Positions 36,145 to 41,641 of a stretch of 41,641 nt of DNA are shown one piece after another (within the stretch, counting starts at the first letter, position 1; every line of letters starts with the position of its first letter). The position numbers and the translations under genes are program-made. Under the pieces are notes generated by a model. It made no database searches. It was not told the origin of the DNA and worked only from the letters and a program-made list of their open reading frames with translations. Source of the stretch: Candidatus Moraniibacteriota bacterium (GTDB lineage: Bacteria; Patescibacteriota; Minisyncoccia; Moranbacterales; UBA2206); assembly GCA_027351145.1 (NCBI GenBank), contig DAIEIZ010000007.1:1-41641 (forward strand), read 5' to 3'.

Positions 36145-36459
36145 TCAGTTTTGCAAATCACTGACGGAAGCATCCCCACTGGCATCGGGAATTGTCAAGT
36201 CGGGATTTACCGTGCTTTGATTTTGGTTTTGACTTGCCCCGGATGAAGTCATACCGCCTTTCGAAGTCTTAGCCGTCACACCTTGTTTTTTCTCTTTACC
36301 AGAAGCTACACCAGCAGCCTTGATTGCTTTCGAAGAAATCAATTTACTCTTTTCATACTTAGCTCCCACGTAAAACATCACACCGTCAACAACAATCAAA
36401 AGTGCCGATAAAGCTAATATCGTTTTCTTATACCCCAAAAATTTTCCTTCTAGATTCAT
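36145..36459 (-). CDS. Small membrane-anchored protein with a disordered Ser/Gly/Lys-rich ectodomain (104 aa)
   Basis: Single TM ILALSALLIVVDGVMFYVGA followed by a low-complexity tail. It is preceded by an ATGAA box. Confidence 0.5.
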   Translation of the reverse strand: MNLEGKFLGYKKTILALSALLIVVDGVMFYVGAKYEKSKLISSKAIKAAGVASGKEKKQGVTAKTSKGGMTSSGASQNQNQSTVNPDLTIPDASGDASVSDLQN

Positions 36460-36510
36460 ATTTCATCTTATTATTTAATTAACTCAGCTATTTAAATCTA
36501 ATCGTCAAAG

Positions 36511-36528
36511 ATGAAGAAAATATGAAAT
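36511..36528 (-). promoter_or_regulatory. ATGAAGA/ATGAAAT direct-repeat box upstream of 36145-36459
   Basis: Plus strand ATGAAGAAAATATGAAAT. Half-sites are 11 bp apart. It is 51 nt upstream of the ATG. On the minus strand it is followed directly by TTGACG. Confidence 0.45.
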
Positions 36529-36546
36529 TTTAAAGAATTCAGTTTT

Positions 36547-37251
36547 TTAACGCCTGATGCCCATCTTGCCAAAGTTTTTCAAAATTGCGCTTTGAATCTT
36601 TTCTAAGTCAATCTTTTTGCCTTTTGTTTTCTTTTTTAAGTTCTTATCCAAGATCATATCTTCGCGATATTCTTGTAAATAATAAGCCTTAGCGCCAGAT
36701 AGCCATTTGGCAATTTTCAAAAAGTCTTTTTCCGTGTGGATGCCCGGCACAACCGTAGTACGAAATTCATAGAGCAGACGACTATTTTTGATCAGATCCA
36801 CACTCAGCCTTATTCTTTCAATATCCACTTTCAAGCCTACAGTTTCACTGTAACGTGCGGGTTGATTTTTAATATCCATCGCCACAAAATCCAAAAGTTT
36901 CAGGTCAAGCAACTTTTTTAAAATATCCGGTCGAGCACCGTTAGTATCCAATTTGACCAAATATCCCAATGCCCGCACCTTTTGGATAAACTGAACCAAA
37001 TCCGGCTGTAACGTCGGTTCGCCACCGGTAATACAAACCCCTTCCAATTTTCCTTTCCGTTTTTTTAAAAACTCAAAAAATTCTCGTTCTGTCTTATTTT
37101 CCGTTCCAGAAGCAAGCTGACTAGCACCTAAAACCAATTCCGGATTATGACAAAATGGGCAATGGAAATTACAACCCACTGTGAAAACAGTTGTTGCCAA
37201 GTGCCCGGGAAAATCAATCAGCGTTAATTTTTGGTAACCGCCTATATTCAT
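36547..37251 (-). CDS. nrdG: Anaerobic ribonucleoside-triphosphate reductase activating protein (radical SAM)
   Basis: Contains TVGCNFHCPFCHNPELV (CxxxCxxC) and GVCITGGEPTLQPD. Genomic context with nrdD. Confidence 0.9.
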   Translation of the reverse strand: MNIGGYQKLTLIDFPGHLATTVFTVGCNFHCPFCHNPELVLGASQLASGTENKTEREFFEFLKKRKGKLEGVCITGGEPTLQPDLVQFIQKVRALGYLVKLDTNGARPDILKKLLDLKLLDFVAMDIKNQPARYSETVGLKVDIERIRLSVDLIKNSRLLYEFRTTVVPGIHTEKDFLKIAKWLSGAKAYYLQEYREDMILDKNLKKKTKGKKIDLEKIQSAILKNFGKMGIRR

Positions 37252-37378
37252 ACTAATAATATTATCTGTAATTATAAATTTTTCTCGCTTCTAAAAATAA
37301 ACTTTTCTTTTATGTCCAGGATAAAATTCAGGGCAAAACAGCTCATAGAACCATTTTGCCCCGCTATCTTTCTTGATT

Positions 37379-37642
37379 TTAGCAAACGCAGGTTGCATCA
37401 TTCAGCTTAAACTCCTTGCGATCATCAAATTCGGCTTGTTTGCCACCATTCCATTGAGCGACTGGGCGGATATAGCCCACGACACGGGAATAAACCTCCG
37501 TTCTTTGAAAATTTCTCAGAATCGGATCTGCTTGATGACATTTTTTACATTTGCAAAACTCACCGCTCTCCACCGCATAATTCATATATTCTTCGTTCAT
37601 CTTCAGCTCACGACCACAATCATGACAAACTTGTTTTTTCAT
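37379..37642 (-). CDS. 87-aa zinc-ribbon plus glycyl-radical-loop protein; its C-terminal 32 aa are identical to the NrdD C-terminus
   Basis: MKKQVCHDCGRELK...CKCKKCHQADPILRNFQRTEVYSRVVGYIRPVAQWNGGKQAEFDDRKEFKLNDATCVC. The ORF is intact, with ATG at 37640-37642. The track's TTG at 37687 is less likely. Confidence 0.65.
   Translation of the reverse strand: MKKQVCHDCGRELKMNEEYMNYAVESGEFCKCKKCHQADPILRNFQRTEVYSRVVGYIRPVAQWNGGKQAEFDDRKEFKLNDATCVC
37406..37501. repeat. 96-bp direct repeat, copy A (inside the mini-protein ORF)
   Basis: 95/96 identical to 37726-37821 at an offset of 320 bp. The single mismatch is at 37412/37732. Confidence 0.9.
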
Positions 37643-37704
37643 ATTATTTTTGGTTTCATTGAGAGTAATTTTAATTTCGCCCAACAAAACATTTTTTTAA
37701 TTTT

Positions 37705-39933
37705 TTATATTTTGCTTTTCTCCACCTTAAATTCCTTGCGATCATCAAATTCGGCTTGTTTGCCACCATTCCATTGAGCGACTGGGCGGATATAGCCCAC
37801 GACACGGGAATAAACCTCCGTCTTTTGCTCCATTACGCATTTAGGACAAAAAGGATGCTCACCGTTAATGTAGCCATGCACCGGACAGATACTGAATGTT
37901 GGCGTCAAAGTAAAATAGGGCAAAGCATAATTTTCAGCAATTTTTCTCACCAGCTGTTTGGTTGTTTCAATATCCCAAATTCTTTCTCCTAGAAATCCGT
38001 GCAATACTGTTCCTCCGGTATATTTAGTTTGCAAATTGTCTTGCAAATCCAACGCTTCAAAAATATCCTCGGTGTGATGCACTGGCAGTTGCGATGAATT
38101 GGTATAATATGGCTCGGCATTTTTCTCTTTGACATTCTTGTCATTTGCAAAAATAATTTCCGGATATTTTTTGCAATCAATTCTGGCTAGACGGTAGGAT
38201 GTGCCTTCGGCCGGCGTGGCTTCCAAATTATAGAGGTTGCCGGTTTCTTTTTGATAACCGATAATTCTTTGGCGCATGTGCGAGAGAATCTCTTCGGCCA
38301 ATTTTTGCCCTGCGGGAGTGGTGATGTCTTTTCCGATCAAGTTCACTAGCGCCTCATTCATTCCTACGAGTCCAATAGTCGAGAAATGATTAGCCCAATA
38401 CTGTCCACGGCGCATCTTGATTGGAGCAAGATAGAATTTAGTGTAAGGATAGAGACCGCCTTCGGTTAGTTTTTCCACCATCGTTCTTTTAGTTTCCAAA
38501 CTTTCTCTGGCCAAATCCATGAGATGATTCAATTGTTTCAAAAATTCTTTTTTATTCTTAGCGATATATCCTATGCGAGGCATATTAATCGTCACCACAC
38601 CAATTGAGCCAGTGAGCGGATTAGCCCCAAACAGACCGCCACCGCGCTTGTGAAGCTCCCGATTATCAAGACGCAACCGGCAACACATTGAGCGCGCGTC
38701 ATCCGGATCCATATCAGAATTAACAAAATTGGCAAAATATGGGATGCCATACTTGGCCGTCATTTCCCAAATCGCATCAAAGCGCCTGTCCGTCCAATCA
38801 AAATCTTTGCCAATGTTATAGGTAGGAATCGGAAAAGTAAAAATTCGTCCATTCGCGTCCCCTTCTGTCATCACTTCCGCAAAAGCCCGGTTAATCATAT
38901 TCATCTCTTCTTGAAATTCACCATAAGTTTCTTTCTGAGGAAAACCGCCAAAAATCACAGCCTCGCTTTTCAAGTTCTTAGGGCAAGTGATGTCCATCGT
39001 AATGTTGGAAAAGGGCGTTTGAAATCCTACGCGAGTGGAAACATTCATATTAAACACATAGGACTGAATTTCTTGCTTAACCTGATCGTAGGTCAATTTA
39101 TCATAACGAACAAAAGGAGCAAGCAGTGTATCAAAATTAGAAAAAGCCTGCGCACCCGCTACTTCGCCTTGCGTGGTATAGGTAAAATTTACCATCTGAC
39201 CCAAAATTGAACCCAGATGCTTAGCTGGTTTGCAGGCTACTTTTCCCGGCACACCAGTAAAACCGCGCCTCAAGAGATCTTGCAGATCCCAACCGCAACA
39301 ATAGGCAGCAAGAAGCTGCAAATCATGAATGTGAAAATCACCGCCTTCATGCGCTTGACGAATGGCTTTCGTGTAAACCCGATTCATCCAATACTTGGAA
39401 CTAACAATCGAAGAGATGTAGTTATTGAGCCCTTGAAGAGAATAGGCCATGTTGGCATTTTCCTTCACCTTCCAGTCAATTTCTTGAATATATTTATCCA
39501 CTAAATTCACTGCTTCGTCCAGCGATTCCTGAGCCTCACGATTTTTTCTGTGCTGTTCGCGATAAAGAATATATGCCTTGGCGGTTTCTTCAAAATCCAA
39601 AATCATAAGCACTCTTTCCACAAGATCTTGAATTTCTTCAATTTCCGGAACATAGCCTTTCTTGTGTTTTCGCCCTAAAAGCTTTACTACTTTTTCCGTT
39701 ACTTTTTTGGCATCATCCGCTGAACCTTCCTTGGTTGAGGCAAGCGCTTTGGCAACACCCTTTACGATTTTACTCTCATCAAAGCGGGCAACCACGCCAT
39801 TTCTTTTGATGACTTTTTCGATTCGGGTTTCATCTTTCTGCACTTCTTTTTTCACCGCCTTCTTTACTGCGACTTTTGCAGTTTTTTTATCATTCTGCTT
39901 TTTCACTCCCCCTTTTTTCACTTTTTTTGCCAT
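37705..39933 (-). CDS. nrdD: Anaerobic ribonucleoside-triphosphate reductase (class III RNR) with an N-terminal ATP-cone
   Basis: ATP-cone IEKVIKRNGVVARFDESKI. Core region ..CCRLRLD... C-terminal CPVH..CPKC metal site followed by the glycyl radical motif RVVGY. I prefer ATG at 39931-39933 over GTG at 39966. Confidence 0.9.
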   Translation of the reverse strand: MAKKVKKGGVKKQNDKKTAKVAVKKAVKKEVQKDETRIEKVIKRNGVVARFDESKIVKGVAKALASTKEGSADDAKKVTEKVVKLLGRKHKKGYVPEIEEIQDLVERVLMILDFEETAKAYILYREQHRKNREAQESLDEAVNLVDKYIQEIDWKVKENANMAYSLQGLNNYISSIVSSKYWMNRVYTKAIRQAHEGGDFHIHDLQLLAAYCCGWDLQDLLRRGFTGVPGKVACKPAKHLGSILGQMVNFTYTTQGEVAGAQAFSNFDTLLAPFVRYDKLTYDQVKQEIQSYVFNMNVSTRVGFQTPFSNITMDITCPKNLKSEAVIFGGFPQKETYGEFQEEMNMINRAFAEVMTEGDANGRIFTFPIPTYNIGKDFDWTDRRFDAIWEMTAKYGIPYFANFVNSDMDPDDARSMCCRLRLDNRELHKRGGGLFGANPLTGSIGVVTINMPRIGYIAKNKKEFLKQLNHLMDLARESLETKRTMVEKLTEGGLYPYTKFYLAPIKMRRGQYWANHFSTIGLVGMNEALVNLIGKDITTPAGQKLAEEILSHMRQRIIGYQKETGNLYNLEATPAEGTSYRLARIDCKKYPEIIFANDKNVKEKNAEPYYTNSSQLPVHHTEDIFEALDLQDNLQTKYTGGTVLHGFLGERIWDIETTKQLVRKIAENYALPYFTLTPTFSICPVHGYINGEHPFCPKCVMEQKTEVYSRVVGYIRPVAQWNGGKQAEFDDRKEFKVEKSKI
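37726..37821. repeat. 96-bp direct repeat, copy B (3' end of nrdD)
   Basis: See 37406-37501. Confidence 0.9.
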
Positions 39934-39977
39934 ACAGTTTTTATTATTTTTTATTTCAATTACCACCCCTAAAAAAA

Positions 39978-40430
39978 TTATTTATCATCAAACGTGTCCA
40001 ACTCCCTTTTAAAACTTTCGATGTTGGCAAATGATTTGTAAACGCTAGCAAATCTAACATAGGCCACCTCATCCAGTTCACGCAGTTTTTTGAGAATAAT
40101 CTTGCCAATTTCCCGCGTACTTATTTCCGGTTTTTCCTTGGTCCGAATCTCATATTCCACTTCTCCGATGAATTGAGTGATCTTCTCTTCCGTCACCGGA
40201 CGTTTTTCCAAGGCTTTTCTCACGCCGGTTTCAATTTTTGATTTGTCATAATCCACTTTGAGACCATTCTTTTTGAGCACGCTTAAACGCAAAAGTTCTA
40301 TTTCCTCATAGGTACTGAAACGCGACTCACATTTCAAGCATTCTCGACGACGACGCGTAATCTTGCCTTCATTGGTTTCTCGCGAATCAACGACCTTGGT
40401 TTCAGTGTTATTGCAAAACGGACAATTCAT
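39978..40430 (-). CDS. nrdR: Transcriptional repressor NrdR (zinc ribbon + ATP-cone)
   Basis: MNCPFCNNTETKVVDSRETNEGKITRRRRECLKCESRFSTYE is a canonical NrdR N-terminus. Confidence 0.9.
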   Translation of the reverse strand: MNCPFCNNTETKVVDSRETNEGKITRRRRECLKCESRFSTYEEIELLRLSVLKKNGLKVDYDKSKIETGVRKALEKRPVTEEKITQFIGEVEYEIRTKEKPEISTREIGKIILKKLRELDEVAYVRFASVYKSFANIESFKRELDTFDDK

Positions 40431-40445
40431 ATTTTTTCTCTTTTT

Positions 40446-40461
40446 ATACTATATATAGTGT
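40446..40461 (-). promoter_or_regulatory. NrdR box
   Basis: The minus strand reads ACACTATATATAGTAT, against the published NrdR-box consensus acaCwAtATaTwGtgt. It is 16 nt upstream of the nrdR ATG and 11 nt downstream of the -10 element. Confidence 0.6.
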
Positions 40462-40472
40462 AACTTAATAGA

Positions 40473-40500
40473 ATTATACCACAATCGAAATTCCTGGCAA
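40473..40500 (-). promoter_or_regulatory. Putative promoter of the nrdR-nrdD-X-nrdG operon
   Basis: The minus strand reads TTGCCA (40500-40495), a 16-nt spacer ending in TGG, then TATAAT (40478-40473). This is an extended -10-like context. Confidence 0.5.
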
Positions 40501-40595
40501 GTGGTCGATTTCAAGCCACAAAAGGGAGTTATCCACAGGAGATTTTTCTTCTTCAAGATAATACCATCACCAAGAAAAAATGAAAAAACTTTTTT

Positions 40596-40823
40596 CTATT
40601 TCTCTTTCAATCCCAATCTCGAAGTGATGATCGCTAACGGGCAATAGCCAGTCAAAGAAAAATTGATCAACATCACACCAACCAGGAGCGTGAAATATTG
40701 GAAATTAAAATGACCCGACAAGGAAAATATTGTTGAGGTAGTGATAAAACTTCCTGCCGCCAGAAAAACCACTCTTTCCACATACCAAAAACTCACATCT
40801 TGATGATAAATTTTTTTAGCCAT
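40596..40823 (-). CDS. DUF2892 (YgaP-like) small membrane protein
   Basis: 75 aa, two TM, C-terminal LTGYCPLAIITSRLG motif typical of DUF2892. Confidence 0.6.
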   Translation of the reverse strand: MAKKIYHQDVSFWYVERVVFLAAGSFITTSTIFSLSGHFNFQYFTLLVGVMLINFSLTGYCPLAIITSRLGLKEK

Positions 40824-40840
40824 ATTCTTATTTTAACTGA

Positions 40841-41641
40841 TTATTTTTTTATTGCAGTGTCCCATTTTTTGTGCTCGAAAATGTAGTACATAACCGGAAA
40901 AATAACAAGCGTCAGAAAAGTTGAAGCAGTCAATCCAAAGATAAGCGCCCAAGCCAACCCTTCCCAAACCGGATCAGAAATAATCGTAAGAGAACCTAGA
41001 ATTGCCGTAAGTGAAGTGAGCATAATCGGCAAAAGGCGAATGCGTCCCGTCTCAACCAACGCCTCCATCAGCGGTCGCTTTTGTTTTCTAAGCGGTTCGA
41101 GATATTCCAAAAAGATAACCGTATTTTTTACCGATAGTCCGGCGAGAGCGATAACTCCAATCATTGAAGTTGCGTTAAAATAAGTTCCCTTGAGTGCGTT
41201 AAGAACAGCAAAGCCGGGAAAGACTCCAATAAGACCAAGCGGAATGCTGACCATTAGGAGGATCGGGATAAAAAGCGATTCAGATTTAGCAGCCAAAACG
41301 AAATAGATAAGGAAAATCGCCACTGCCATCGCCAAACCAAGATCGCGAAAAACCTCCAGTGTCAATTTCCACTCGCCATCAATTTCAATAAAGTAATGTT
41401 GCCCGGTTTGCGTATTTACATATTCCGCGCCAAGCAAATTCCAAGCCGCTAATTTTCCATTTCCATCAGGCAGTTTATAGGAAAGCATTTTAGGAAAGAA
41501 ATCCACCATAGCATAGACGACACTGCGATTATTCATTTCCGCCGACAGATAGGTAGTCGGGCGACGATCATCAGAAATAATCGCTAAATCGGTTGCTAGG
41601 TCAGTCTTTTCGATAATTTCAGTAAGCGGAATACTCGCGCC
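40841..41641 (-). CDS. RND-family efflux transporter (AcrB/CzcA-like). Only the C-terminal part is present; the gene runs off the right edge.
   Basis: The frame stays open from 41641 to the stop at 40841. I translated the 35 codons upstream of the track's Met and found no stop. The C-terminal TM bundle ..GLSVKNTVIFLEYLE...LLPIMLTSLTAILGSL..ALIFGLTASTFLTLVIFPVMYY is typical of RND pumps. Confidence 0.8.
   Translation of the reverse strand, partial: GASIPLTEIIEKTDLATDLAIISDDRRPTTYLSAEMNNRSVVYAMVDFFPKMLSYKLPDGNGKLAAWNLLGAEYVNTQTGQHYFIEIDGEWKLTLEVFRDLGLAMAVAIFLIYFVLAAKSESLFIPILLMVSIPLGLIGVFPGFAVLNALKGTYFNATSMIGVIALAGLSVKNTVIFLEYLEPLRKQKRPLMEALVETGRIRLLPIMLTSLTAILGSLTIISDPVWEGLAWALIFGLTASTFLTLVIFPVMYYIFEHKKWDTAIKK

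Noticed and set aside
37331-37366. Hairpin GGGCAAAA-N14-TTTTGCCC between the mini-protein ORF and nrdG, considered as an internal terminator or attenuator
   Set aside because: It has only an 8-bp stem with a large loop and a poor U-tract on the minus strand (UGAAUUUUA). This is too weak to call.
39834-39966. Lys-rich N-terminal extension of NrdD (AKKVKKGGVKKQNDKKTAKVAVKKAVKKEVQKD), considered as a nucleic-acid-binding tail
   Set aside because: In-frame GTG codons just before the ATP-cone could be the real start, so the extension may not be translated. NusB also has a Lys-rich tail, so this may just be a compositional effect of the AT-rich genome.
1-41641. Alternative genetic code (UGA recoding, as in some CPR lineages)
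   Set aside because: TGA clearly terminates genes. One example is the ATGA stop/start junction at 8655-8658. All conserved proteins read through cleanly with code 11.
1-41641. tRNA, rRNA, transposase/integrase, cas or phage genes
   Set aside because: I inspected the intergenic gaps over 100 bp by eye: 1551-1775, 14198-14395, 18644-18759, 19489-19634, 23032-23203, 28693-28933, 31361-31493, 36032-36144, 37252-37378 and 40431-40595. I saw no cloverleaf-like T-arm or acceptor signatures and no such protein motifs in the ORF track. A tRNAscan or Infernal run would be needed for certainty.

Overview
AT-rich, gene-dense bacterial window. 45 of 47 called coding segments are on the minus strand. The standard code applies: TGA is a stop at 8656-8658. 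The gene content (a four-helix-bundle '23S IVS' gene, ComEC, class III RNR with NrdR, many GT2/GT4/GT-C envelope genes, very short intergenic gaps) suggests a reduced-genome Patescibacteria/CPR-like organism; this is inference only. All homology calls come from motifs I recognise by eye; nothing was computed or searched.

Layout, left to right:
(1) 1-2602: a Wzm/Wzt-type glycan ABC exporter. A four-helix-bundle gene sits between wzm and wzt, and a second wzm copy is frameshifted.
(2) 2615-3285: a HEPN/MNT toxin-antitoxin pair.
(3) 3328-6501: a 1057-aa secreted beta-helix plus LCAT-like lipase protein.
(4) 6564-17387: a membrane/GT-C pair (the only plus-strand genes) and a fucose-type glycan cluster (GT2 x3, GT4, fcl, gmd, galE).
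(5) 17405-23031: housekeeping genes (rnc, nusB, rpmF, lipoprotein cyclophilin, frameshifted comEC, DUF167).
(6) 23204-36459: an envelope island with two paralogous OmpR-type two-component systems, two paralogous ArnT-like GT-C proteins, YdjC, a phosphodiester glycosidase-like protein, an ABC-2 exporter and two small surface proteins. Six 11-bp-phased ATGAA direct-repeat boxes lie in its intergenic regions.
(7) 36547-40500: an nrdR-nrdD-X-nrdG operon with a near-consensus NrdR box. X is a free-standing mini-protein that duplicates the zinc-ribbon and glycyl-radical end of NrdD.
(8) 40596-41641: DUF2892 and a partial RND pump.

I saw no rRNA, tRNA, CRISPR array or transposase. The most interesting items are the NrdD 'spare-part'-like mini-protein, the ATGAA-box regulon over the twin TCS/GT-C island, the surface lipase, and three frameshifted genes. 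Two of the frameshifts are in homopolymer runs and both are in the -1 direction.
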